DNA of 64,000 bases from the NCBI GenBank assembly GCA_025201805.1, contig MU619281.1, positions 84,094-148,093 on the forward strand, given 5' to 3'. The notes under the pieces were generated by a model that had not been told where the DNA came from, made no database searches, and saw nothing but the letters and a program-made list of their open reading frames with translations. A program made the translations under genes and the position numbers. The number at the start of each line of letters is the position of its first letter. Positions within the stretch are counted from its first letter, which is position 1. Below are positions 52,262 to 64,000 of the stretch, one piece after another. This DNA comes from Parasitella parasitica NRRL 2501 (Eukaryota > Fungi > Mucoromycota).

Positions 52262-53624
52262 ATGAACCAAAATGACAACAGTGCATCGCATAGCTGCCCC
52301 TTGCAATTGAATACACTGGGTTGCATAAACGATGCACCTTTGCTACACATTTATATTACAAACATAGCATGGTCGTCAGCAAACGCATTGATAGGTAAGT
52401 GAATTTTCTATATATATAGTAAACACGGTGGGACATGGAGTAAGTGATTGACATTTCATTTACAGGCCTTGCTGTGCTATTCTACGGAGTGTTTAAAAAG
52501 AAACTTCCCATCTTTGGCAGTAGAGCTGCCTGTTCTATCAGACCAAGGCCAATTGAGTCTATGCTACTGTTTGGGTCGATTTATAACATGCGTAAATACG
52601 AATATAGTATCAAATGGGTAGAGATACCAGCATACTAATGCGACTACTTATTTAGTCAAAGCTATAGCTCAAGTTTTAACCATCACAAACAGTTACCCAG
52701 ATCCTATCTTCAAATCATGTATGTGCGTATATATAACTGTATTCACACATATGACCTAATAACATTTTACAGTCTTTGAAAACTTACCATGGCAGTTTTG
52801 CTATTATTCATTTGCATGTTATCTGTTTGGCGTTGCTCATACAGTCTGCAATGTAAGTCTGAAATGTGTATGTTTGTGCAGACTTAGTAACAAAAAAAAA
52901 CATTTAGAGCAAAGAAATTATTGGTGATAAACACCGTACATTGCCAGTGATCATCGACATTTTTTTCATCATGTTCACAATATTCCCATTCGTAATCACC
53001 AATACCTGCTCCATTGCAATAGGTGCTTTGAACAAACAGGGCAACTTGGGAACTTCAAAATATACTGACGCACTAAATTACTCATGGTTGCTGTATTCTG
53101 CTATATTAGCTTTGTGGATCCCATATGCTGGATATTTATTGATTAAGGTTTTGAAACAGCAGATAGCTAAAAATGAAAATAGACCCGCATTTGTCCAGAA
53201 TGTCAAAGCTGCCATGTTTAAAGTAAGTACCATACGTAACGGCTAATTTAAGAACGATAAAAGTACTTACTATTCCTCACACAGATTCTCATGACTATGC
53301 TAATTGCCATCGCTACCTTAATGACATCTATAATATTCGAAGTGCTCACGATATTAAAAGTGAATACTTCTCAAAACTACCACTTGACCTTGGCAATGTA
53401 TATCATCAACGCCTTTAATAGTACGTTGGCTTCTACACTAGTTATTTTGGCTATTCTATTCAAGTACGATTTATCACATTGTTTGAACTGTGCTGTTTAC
53501 TAAATCTTTTGATTATAGCCCAAAATTATTGACTCCTTTCGGCTTGCCATCCCCAAGCCGAGAAGAATCTGCTGAACATACTATGGGACTTGACAGTGGC
53601 ACTGGAATGCAAAAAGGCCCATAA
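52262..53624 (+). CDS. Uncharacterised 7TM membrane protein, array copy 2, 7 exons, intact
   Basis: CPLQLNTLGCIN, RPRPIESMLLFGSIYN, LPWQF..CYLFGVAHTVC, GYLLIKVLKQ, STLVILAILFNPK. Frame stays open after splicing. Confidence 0.82.
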
Positions 53625-55425
53625 ATCATCTGCAGATATAACTCACGAAATGTTATTATTGATCTTCTCATCTCCAATATGTATTATAATTCGCACAAAG
53701 AGTTAATGCATGTTAGCTGTAAAGCTATTGCTTCAATTGCACCAACAACACAGATACATAGTTCACCTTGATCAATACATCCATCATGTCTATATACTCG
53801 AGGTAGTATTCAATATTCTCTGATCCACCACTCTGCTAGTGCCTCAATCTCTTGAGATAACATAGTATAGAACACTTGTAAATATGATGTTTCGGACTCG
53901 ACGTCTAAATATTTTTCCCGTAGGTTAGTTTCGAATCATTATTTGTAAAAAGAAAATTAATATAGTATAATAAAATTCATAATGAGCTTTAATTAATGAA
54001 CATGAGGTTCAGGGTTCTTTTTCCTCGATGTATAAAATAAAAAGGGATTGTCCTCACCGACTACTAATTCGACAACCACAAATCAATTATCCTTGTGTTG
54101 TAAATAATGAAATTATTTAATGGTGGTGAGAGACGATTGATTAATCATGCGGGCTTCTTTATTAACCATATCTACTATTTTTTTTATTTATTTTTTTACT
54201 ACAAACGAGCTGGTCACCCTGCCCATTTTGGTGACTTTTGCACCTTCGCTATGCTGCGGTAAAAATCGACCATTGTTTACGCGGGGTCCATCTCGCTCTG
54301 CGAGGCAGCCAGTCTTTAAAATAAATAAGACTTATTGTTTTCAAGTGTATATGTTGTATCTATAAAATCCCATGGTTACCGCTCAGTTGTCATGGCAACT
54401 GTTCCTGATCGGATCCAAGGTTATAAGATATTTTATTTTCGACTCAGCTACAGCATTCTTCAAAACTATCAACCGCTCCTTACCACAGGCTGTTCATTTG
54501 CTGTCTTGGATGTTAGCTTACATCCATTCAAGGATTGGATTAAAAAATAAAGTATTTATAATAAGAAAATAGTATCATATCTATAACAATATGCGATCCT
54601 CTTAGCTTATTTAGTAAAAACGTTTTGTCCACCGTTTTTATTATTATTATTATTATTACTGTTTATCAAGTAAATCAATCATCATCAAGCTTTAGAAGTT
54701 CATTTACATTTTAGTTTGTGCCACATGTAAAATTAATTGTACTCGTTATAATCGTTTTATGATTGCGTGGCGATCGCCTGATTAGTTCTGCTCCAGAAAT
54801 AATGAAATTGGAAAGGGGATGCAAAGGGACTTTTTTTAAAGCAGGCTTTAGCACTGAGAAAACGTTGAGTGATTGCAATTAATTTCTGTAAACCTTGTCC
54901 ATATTTCTTTATCTATTACATTTGAGCAGTGTAAGATCTACCAGGAGCATCTCCATTTTATCGACGTCTGTTTGAAAGCTTTACCCAAAAACAGGAAACA
55001 AGGAACTGTCTTTGTTCAAGAATTGCTGTTAGCTTGTACGCAAACGTGGTTTAGTACTAGAATTACGTGCATAGATCAAAAGTTGATTCATTCATTCGAA
55101 ACTTTGTTTATTTACTATTATAAGCTTACGGTAAAGAGAGTGGAACATACATTCATCAGAAAAACGCGACACCTCTGCTTTCTTAAATTGAAATAAGTAT
55201 TTACAAAGGATTCCCTATACTTTGCTACAAAGAATTTGCAAACTTATTATACTTGCAGTAATCATATTCGCACTGTTAGGCTAAGAAACAATGCACGCCA
55301 TTTAAATGAAGCTTGCATTTATGCTCGAGGTTTCTCTTGCCTCCTTCCTTCCTCTTCTCTCTTTATCTTATTCTTTTTCCTTCTTCCAGCATATCCATTT
55401 GTTTTTTCTCTCGTACAAGGCTAGC

Positions 55426-56890
55426 ATGAATACTACTGAAGACGCCCAAAACAATGATTGCCGTCTATTAGTGGGTATTGTAGGCTGCGTAGACAGAGAA
55501 CCCATGGTGTACATATTTATTTCGAGTATTATCTGGGCATTTTTGCTGGCATTCACAGGTGTGTGTGTGTACAATTTTGATTGTTGATAGTAGTAATACA
55601 ACATGGATTAGCAATAAATTAATCCTTCATTAATACCAAACTATCAATAGGTTTCGCACTGCTATGGCAAAGAGTTGTTATCAAGAAACTACCGATTTTT
55701 GATTTTAGCTCATCACATATGTTTATCATCAGACCAAAGCCGATTGAATCTATGCTATTATTTGGATCAATCTATAATGCGCGTAAATACTCTATAATCA
55801 AATAGCAATTTTGACGGCATTTTAACATTACTATAGTCAGAGTTATAAATACAATATTGCTTCTTACTTGCGGCGCACCCGAGTCCGTTATTAGAACATG
55901 TAAATATATAGTAGACTTGTTCACATATTTAGACTCTAACCGCAATATACAGTTTTGGACTCACTGCCATGGCAGTTTGGTATTTGTGCTTTTTCATGCT
56001 ATTTGTTTGGCATCGCTCATACAATCTGCAGTGTACGTATGTCTCTCATTATTTGACATAATATGCAGAAAAAAACTAACGCATATATATATATAGAGCA
56101 ACCAACTCATTGGGAAAAGCTGGTACAGGAAATCATTCAAAATGGACGTAATTTGTACCCTCTTCATTGGAGTGCCCTTTATCATCCACAACATCTGCTC
56201 GATTGGATCAGCCGCAATTGCCGAACATGAAGTAGCTAAAGCTCTAAAAAATGCAGGGTATTATATCCTGTCAATTCATCTCTGCATACTGGCTTTTTGG
56301 GTTTTCGTTGCTGGGTTACAGTTGATCAAAATTTTAAAACAACATTTACACAATCAAATCGACGCTGGCGATAACGCAGCTATTGAAAAGGTCAAAAATG
56401 GCTTATTCAAAGTAATTAAATTCACGGTAAATCAATGAATATTGAAAATACTCACTGTATATCCCCACAGGTTCGCATGACAATGACCATTTGCATCGTT
56501 TCGTTGTTCATATTCGTACTTCTCAGATTCCTTTATTCCTTCCTAAATACGTATTTCTCACAAAACTACGCCTTAAACCTGGCCATGTCAATTTTGTTGA
56601 CCTATGACGGCATACTGGCATCAACACTGGTTGTCCTGACAGTAGTGTTCAAGTAAGTTTAAGTCTCTGATAAAACCCAATCGCTAGCTAACCTTTCAAA
56701 TATTTAGTCCTAAAGCTTTGAGCTCTTTTAATTTAACTTCCTCAAATCAGAATATGTCTGACGAATCTCAAATTGACAAAAGTGCTTTTACCACGACCAC
56801 AGATGACTTGACACTAATAACAAGTCGTTCTGAAACGCAAAAAGATAGTTGTAATTATAACAGACGATCATTCGATTATTCAAAATCACC

Positions 56891-56897
<7 letters not shown>
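55426..56897 (+). CDS. Uncharacterised 7TM membrane protein, array copy 3, 7 exons, intact
   Basis: CRLLVGIVGCVD, RPKPIESMLLFGSIYN, LPWQFGICAFSCYLFGIAHTIC, GLQLIKILKQ, STLVVLTVVFNPK. Confidence 0.85.
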
Positions 56898-56921
<24 letters not shown>

Positions 56922-58156
56922 CCCTTAATTGTACACATAGAGTTTAATCACATAGTTTGATGCCATCAGAACAGTGCCATTTAACGACTCCGTTTCATTA
57001 GGCACCTTGCACCGCAGCTCACATCAGATGGTGATGAAGTGCTGCATATTAAAGTGAAACTCTGCTGCCCCTGATGAGGTTCGACCGACATTTTGGAATT
57101 TATTATTCAAAATCAATAAACATATCTTAAATATTAGCGTAGTATTGTGGAAAATTTATATTCTTCGCCGAAAATCCATGAGTAGTTAGACCTTAGGGGT
57201 TTCGCCTTTAATCCCATATTTTGTATGAATATGCATTGAGTTTCGAGTAGTCCCTGCATGCATCTCGCCTATTTGCAAACTTTGATTCCTTACACCACGC
57301 ATAACGCTCAATCGCGCTTTCTTAGACACAAAATTATTTTCTATCACGAATCTATACGAAAAACGTTATCGAAGCCTGGCCATATATTTATATTCAAAAA
57401 TCTATGTGGTAGAGAGAGGGAGGGAGTATTAATTTATTTCAAATATCCAATAAGTACTGTTAACCCCCCCCCCCAGAAAGAAGCTACATGATGTGCACAT
57501 ATTCCATCAGATTACATCAAGCATTGTGCTCCAAACAAGTATAGTGAAAATAACAAACCCACCATGGTCCAGTTAGCAATATACTCTTGTCACGGAAAAG
57601 TAGGAGGTGCTTTCAAAACTCGGTAAACGAGACTAAAAGCGCAGAGTATAGCCGACTATACCTTTAATTTTGAAACAATGAAATTAGAGGAAGGAGCCCA
57701 AGGGAGTTCCATTTTACTAAGGAGATTTGATCAACATTTCTACATATAGTCTGTTTGAATGGTATAAGTTTTATTGGTAGCAGTTGATCATTGCCATTAT
57801 AACACTTGGTTGAGTGTGAACGCGCATTATAAAATTTATTATAACACCGAAAAACACTTCGCTAACAATAAAATAAAGTGAACCATAGAATATGTATTCA
57901 AAGGACAAGATGTACGTTTGATTAGAGCAAATGTAAACTATTCAAATCAGGCATAAAAAGGATATAAAAAATTCATGCACATGCTTACAGAAAGTTTTGT
58001 GATTGTATAATCAAAGACGCCAAGCTTTGCATTCTGATATGACAATTGCTGTACTTGCGCTGTTTAACTCAGGTCTTGCAGATCCTTATTTTAGCCAAGG
58101 TATTACTTGTCTCCTTCACTTCATATTTTGCTTTTTTTGTTTCAATCTGAACAAAT

Positions 58157-59581
58157 ATGAATAGTACTGAAAGCGGCTCCGGCAGTGGCTGCATGCTACC
58201 AGCAGATTTTATGGGCTGTATAGATAGGGGCCCTATGCAGTACATGTTAATTTTGAAAACCATTTGGGTATATATCTGGGCAATCGCAAGTATGGGACAA
58301 ACTGAATATTTGATAGCATTAGAAACCAATGAATTGATCCCCCACCCTTGTTATCAAAAAATATAGGTTTTGGTTTGCTTTGGCAAAGAGTTACCTTTAA
58401 GAAACTACCCATTTTTGATTTCAGTTCGCCATATATGTATACTATTATACCAAAACCAATTGAATCAATGTTATTATTCATATCCATATTCAATACACGT
58501 AGACATGCTATTAAAAACTGACACTATCTCGGCGCATTAATATATATATAATTGTGGCTAAAGACTTCCAGTACTACAGTGATCCTCAAGCATGGAAAAT
58601 CTACTTTCGTGATAAGAACATGTGAGCTTTTAACCGCTCATTTTAGAACTCATCATCTAATATATACCGATAAGTAGTGCTGAGAAACTTGTCATGACAG
58701 TTTGGCATTTGTCCATTTTTATGCCATTTAATCGGTATTGCCCATACAGTCTGCAGTGTACGCCTCAAAGCATTTACAGCAAAATATAGTGTAACTAGCG
58801 AGATCAGACAGAGCAACCAATTAGTTGGAAATAACATGAACAAAATATCGCTCAAAATCGACCACATTTGTTGCATCTCCATTCATTTGCTGTATCATCA
58901 CAGCTGTTGTATCAACTTTGTATGCTGAACAGGGCAACGTTCCAAGGGCCAGCTTGATCAAAGGAGTACGCAGTTTTATAATAATGCTGCACATCTTTAT
59001 CTTGGCTTGTTTTATTTTTGTTTTAGTTTTTATTTTTTATTTTTTATTTTTTTTTTTGCTAGATTGCGATTAATCAAGATTTTGAAACGACATTTACGCA
59101 ACAAAACAGAAGCAAACGTTGAATCTGTTGATAAATCTGGATCTCGAAAGAATACAGAATACTTACTATTATATAGGTTCACATGATTATGCTACTTAGG
59201 ATCATTTGTTATTTTCTCAGAATTTTGCATATCCTGCTACTTCGCTCTTTTTCACACAATACTATTCCAACCGTAGCTGCTTGTATTTTTTTGGTCTAAG
59301 ATAGTATTATAACTACAACGCTGCCCATCTTGACTGTTACGATCAAGTAATATTGCCCCTTGATAAATCAACTAAAGTGTTAAATGCATAGTCCTAAAAT
59401 ATTAAGCCCTTTTAATTTGAATTTTTTAAAACAAGAGAAGTTTTTTGATGCTAACGCTACTAGCTCTGATTTTATCTCTCGTGCAGGTGAATCCACTTTG
59501 ATTACTGGCCATTCCGGTGATCTAAAATGGCGATTACAAATTCCATAAACAATCTCCAGAGTCCCTATCATCTCAAGTTTA
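58157..59581 (+). pseudogene. 7TM array copy 4, pseudogenised
   Basis: CMLPADFMGCID and PKPIESMLLF are retained. PWQF has become S*QF (TGA at 58695-58697), with another stop at about 59297, indels and degraded splice sites. Confidence 0.8.
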
Positions 59582-60149
59582 AAAGAAATAACTAGATGTT
59601 ATTATTTAAAGCATAATTCAGTCTGAGAAAAATTACTATAAAAATTTGTGCCAAAATTCACTTAATGGCACAACTAATCTTGTATTACATTTCATCACAT
59701 AGCCCTTCTGGCGCCGTGATGGCGGAAATTTTGTCTTTTTCTTTTAACGCCTTTCGATTAATACGACACTTTTGACATTCTCTATGAATTTTATCAAGTT
59801 AATGAAAATATAACAGTTCTTTTGGTATGTTTTTAACAACTTGGGCACCTTGAACGAACCTTAATCCTAACCCTAAAAAAACCAGATAAAAATCAGGTAC
59901 CGTTTTAAAATAACAGATCATTTCAAGAATAAAAAAGTAAAACAATCTGAGACTGTTGAAGAGCGTATATTATTCTACTTTGCTTTGCAATTTTGCAATT
60001 TTATAAAAGCAATTCATAATAGTCATCAATGTATGCCGATCAAGTGAAAGAGAGGGCCACAGTAAAGGGCCTAATTTATATTGTCTAATGAATAGAAATA
60101 ATATTGCTGAAAATCAGCTAACTGCTAGAAGCTTTGTTGCATGTAGTTC

Positions 60150-60400
60150 CTGCGGATCTCACTCCAACAAATGTTGCCGATCGAACTAATCCGGTACCAG
60201 TAAGCGGTCAATTTAAGGACGCTGCTTACTGTTACACGATCGAATTTTGAAAGCGCCGCTTTCCACAGTATTCTTTATTCTGGACAAAGGAGACAAGCTA
60301 AGAACGGTGGAGGAAATTAACAGTATTGTTTCTGAAAATAATAAATCAAACCTTTATCCTCTTGCACACGAATCAGCAACTACTAACATGGTGCACGGCC
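60150..60400 (+). mobile_element. Helitron RepHel (HUH Rep domain) relic
   Basis: YTIEF*KRRFP then FILDKGDKLRTVEEINSIVS...LYPLAHE..TTNMVHG, resembling the Helitron YTIEFQKRGLPH...DKL...IDxIVSAEIP...MMHGPC region. Confidence 0.75.
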
Positions 60401-60913
60401 TCAAAATTGCAGTTTTTTATTCCCCTCTGAATGTTTATATAAGACCCAATACTACTACTATATGCACATTGATTAAAGTGATCTTGCTATAATTTTGTGC
60501 AAATTTAGCGATGGTAAATCAAACATCTGACTGGATTTGCTCGGAAACAATGAAATTTGAAGAAAAAAGTCTAGGGGGGGACCCTTCTAATGGCCTGCAG
60601 CACTAGGACAACATTGGTGTAGCACATTTCTGTAAAGATTATCATTATTTATACATTAATTATACAAACGAACAGTGCCAGTTTTGTCAATCACAATGTA
60701 TTCAAAAATACTAAATATTCAAGTATTTTCTTCAAAGAATTTAAAGTACTAAGCAATAGGGCTTTTGTTTTGTTTAGCTATTTTCTCCTATGCCAATATA
60801 TGATTTGAAAAATGAAAAAAAATGATAAAAAACAAACGTGATTTTAGTACAAATGAGGATTGTGTACATTTGCAAAAGTCTAGTATATTTGCCTTCCATT
60901 GTCATGTCGCCAT

Positions 60914-60916
<3 letters not shown>

Positions 60917-60982
<66 letters not shown>
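60917..60982. repeat. Poly(A) tract of about 66 nt
   Basis: Seen directly. Confidence 0.9.
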
Positions 60983-60983
<1 letters not shown>

Positions 60984-61296
60984 CAAAGCAAAGCTTTGAA
61001 ATGGAATACATGTGTATTTTTTAATGAGCAACCATGAGTGAATGTAAAAAGAGTTGAAGAGAAGTATGAGGATGTCCATATTCCGTTACACGCTATAATT
61101 CTCTAGTTTTGTAAAATTTAAAGCAAGATGGAAATGCATTGTATTGTAACCACACTTTGCATTGTTAGATTAAGAAAGAGTGTATCCCAATTAGAATAAA
61201 TATTGTTTTTATTTTCGAGATATGTCTTGCCTCCTTCCTCTTTATCCCATCCTTTTCTTTCTTTTTCCAACTTTTATCAAAACTTATATACACTAC

Positions 61297-62738
61297 ATGA
61301 ATCATACTGACCCCAATCAAAGCAGTAGCTGTGGAATATCAGTAGGCTTTATAGGCTGCGTGGACGAAAAGCCTATGGTGTATCTATTTATATCAAATGC
61401 TATCTGGGAAATTATTCTAGCGATCATAGGTGTGTAAGCAATTTTGATGTTGAGATGATAAACTAACATTTTTGCTGCTACAAAAAAAGGCTGGGGATTG
61501 TTATGGCATAGGGTTATCATCAAGAAAATGCCTATTTTTGACTATAGTTCGCCGTACATATTCATTATCAGGCCAAAGCCAATTGAATCTATGATTCTGT
61601 TTGGAAGCATTTACAACATTTGTAAGCTTGGTTTTTTTGAATAATACTTTGACAACGTGTTCACATAGTTTGCAGGCAGAGTTTTGAATACCATTCTCTT
61701 TCTCACTCATGCACCCGAAAATCTCATCAAAGCATGTAAATATTGCTCATGCACTCATCCAAATACATCCAAATATATAACTTACTGACTACAATCTCAA
61801 GTTTTAAAAGAGTTACCATGGCAATTTGGTTGTTGTTCATTTGCGTGCTACCTATTCGGCATCGCCCATACAGTCTGCAGCGTAGGGTTATATTGTCTGT
61901 AAATAGTATGCGCTATACTGACAAGTTTACCCAGAGCAACCAAATTTTTAAGGATAACTGGTACAAACAAGCACTAAAAATCGATATTATTTGCACCATG
62001 TTTATTGCATTGCCATTTATCACCAACAACATCTGTTCTATTAGTAAATTTGTATACACCCAGCAAGGCAACCTCAAGAAAGCTATATTATTTGATAATG
62101 TACTATCGATATTGTGGGCAACGCACATCTTCATATTGTCTTGTTGGATCTTCTTTGCGGGATTACGATTAATCAAGATTTTGAAGCAGCATCTTCGCAA
62201 CCAAATCGAGGCCGAGAATGCCGCAGCTATTGACAAGATCAGAAATGGCCTATTTAAAGTAGATCTACGTCGACATAAAGGGCTATGAAAAATACTCATC
62301 CACTATTGTACAGGTTCGCATGACCATGGCAATTTCCATATCTTGCATGTTGTCATTTATACTTATCAAATGCCTGCACGTCGTTTTGATCAAGCATTTC
62401 GCACATAACCGTAGCTTGACCATGGCCATGTCTACTATCCTGTTGCTAAATGGCACAGTAGCCTCAACGCTGGTAATCTTGACTATGCTAATCAAGTAAG
62501 TTTGAGCCCAGTTAAATTAAATCACTTGCTGACATGTCAAATATACAGCCCCAAAGCGCTGAGTTCTTTTAATTTTTTTTCCTCTGCCCAAGAAAGTTCT
62601 TGTGAATCTAACGCTGATAGCTCTTTCTTGTCCTCTCAGGCAGCAGATGAGTGCACCTTGATTGCAAGCCGAAAAGACAATTACAATATTCAAGTAGAGC
62701 TAGTGGACCAAACCGAAGAAAAGAAAGAACCCTGCTAA
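61297..62738 (+). CDS. Uncharacterised 7TM membrane protein, array copy 5, 7 exons, intact
   Basis: CGISVGFIGCVD, RPKPIESMILFGSIYN, LPWQFGCCSFACYLFGIAHTVC, GLRLIKILKQ, STLVILTMLINPK. Confidence 0.85.
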
Positions 62739-62972
62739 GAGGATTTCCTCTACCTAATTTTAACTCGACAAAAAACACGGCCTGCAACCAGCACAACCTA
62801 CCCTGATAACCTAATTCATAATTTCCTAATAATACATATGGAAGTGAAGCTCGACGAAAAATCGTGGTGGATACTCCCAGCTAATACCGTGCACTTACTA
62901 TAACAATCCAGCCACAAAAGGGTCACATTTATAAAATAAAACAATCCCTATTCCTTTTTTCTTTTCTCAAAG

Positions 62973-64000
62973 ATGAATCGTACACCACTGTTAAAAACTC
63001 TGTTTTTATCAATCTCTACAGGTAAAAGTATAACTCCATCTAAGCTACGGTCGTTGATGACTAAATTTCCTGCTACAGAATGCTTTCAACAGCGATCATA
63101 TGCAATTATGAGCCGAGCAAAACATCGAGCAGGCCTCCCTGTTGCACCAGTAACCTCTACCAGTACAAAGGCACCCAAAAAAGCAACAAGCAGGAATGCG
63201 AAAGCGGCCAAGGATGCTCTGAAATGGCGCACTACAGGATACTTTAACAAACAGCATGAGCATGCAGACGAAAAAACCACGCGGGCTTTATTGAAAAATC
63301 GATTAGAGAATTTGAATTTTCGAAAACCTGCAGACATCAGCGAACGATTGATCAAAGTGCAACCACAAAGCGAGATTGTTCAGCCTGAAAATCCACATTT
63401 ACTCAAAGTTGCTGTCATTGGAGCTGCCAATGCTGGAAAATCAACCTTGATTAACAAAATCGTAGGAGAAGAGGTAAGTCATTTTGACAGCTTCGGATAG
63501 GCAATTAACTGGTATGACAGGTGACGGGCGTATCACCCAAGGCACATACAACAAGAGAAAGGATTTTAGCTGTATATTCTCATGGTAATTATCAGATTGT
63601 ATTTCTAGACACTCCAGGTGTCATTCCTGACCACAATCATGCCAAGATGAATCGAACATTAGCTACTACTTCATGGAGATCTTTGGATGAGGCAGATCAC
63701 GGTATGTTTGCGCAGTGTAGGTCTATTTATGTCCCTGACGAGCTTTTTCCCCTTAGTGATGATTGTTGTGGATGCTGGTCGGTCTATTCAGCCTCAATCT
63801 CGTGCAGCTAAAGATTTCATATTGGATAGAATCAAGGATCTGAAAATTCCAGCTACGTTGGTTTTCAACAAGATGGATCTACTGCACGAGGATCGCAGTT
63901 TATTAGAGCAAGTCGCAGAAGAATACACTAACGGGTATCCTCGCTTCAAAAAGACATTGTATATATCAGCAGTCTATGAAGAAGGAATAGAAAAAGTCAA
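62973..64000 (+). CDS. Era-like (ERAL1) mitochondrial GTPase, runs off the window end
   Basis: Basic targeting-like N-terminus; G1 GAANAGKSTL, G2 VSPKAHTTR, G3 DTPG, G4 NKMD. Confidence 0.9.

Noticed and set aside
54210-54221. ctggtcaccctg resembling a DNA-transposon terminus
   Set aside because: No partner end or TSD found in the window.
56896-56921. Poly(A) directly after the stop codon of 7TM copy 3, suggesting a retrocopy
   Set aside because: The gene keeps all six introns, and A/T runs are common throughout the window.
57031-57074. C box (gtgatga) and D box (ctga) snoRNA candidate
   Set aside because: Too short (44 nt) and no identifiable guide sequence.
59862-59876. Telomere-like taatcctaaccctaa
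   Set aside because: Only about two imperfect units.
1-64000. CRISPR arrays, rRNA, tRNA, riboswitches and prokaryotic operons
   Set aside because: None seen; the sequence is spliceosomal-intron-rich fungal DNA.

Overview
Eukaryotic, AT-rich, intron-dense draft-assembly DNA with several N gaps. Short GT-AG introns and the gene content point to a Mucorales fungus (Mucor-like); this is an inference, not a database result. Most ORF-track entries are exon fragments or antisense shadows, so gene models were re-spliced by eye. Housekeeping genes: TRS20, GCN5, a Myb/Reb1-like factor, a UBC1-type E2, a TMT1-like methyltransferase, FET4, a BTB + CAP-Gly protein, PAN2, LOA1/VPS66, an OCA6-like pseudophosphatase, CDC73, TYR1, an ADAM metalloprotease and a partial ERA GTPase. 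Decayed material: a hAT transposon, a Helitron fragment, two PD-(D/E)xK-like pseudogene fragments, and SDH3 and GT4 glycosyltransferase pseudogenes. The main highlight is a five-copy array (43-63 kb) of an uncharacterised 7-transmembrane, GPCR-like family with shared intron positions and one dead copy, flanking the ADAM gene. Other highlights are a secreted, probably GPI-anchored CBA1/BtuF-like substrate-binding protein close to FET4, a GCN5 carrying a PCAF-N-like Cys/His motif, and an OCA6-like protein with a ~215-aa Asn-rich tract.
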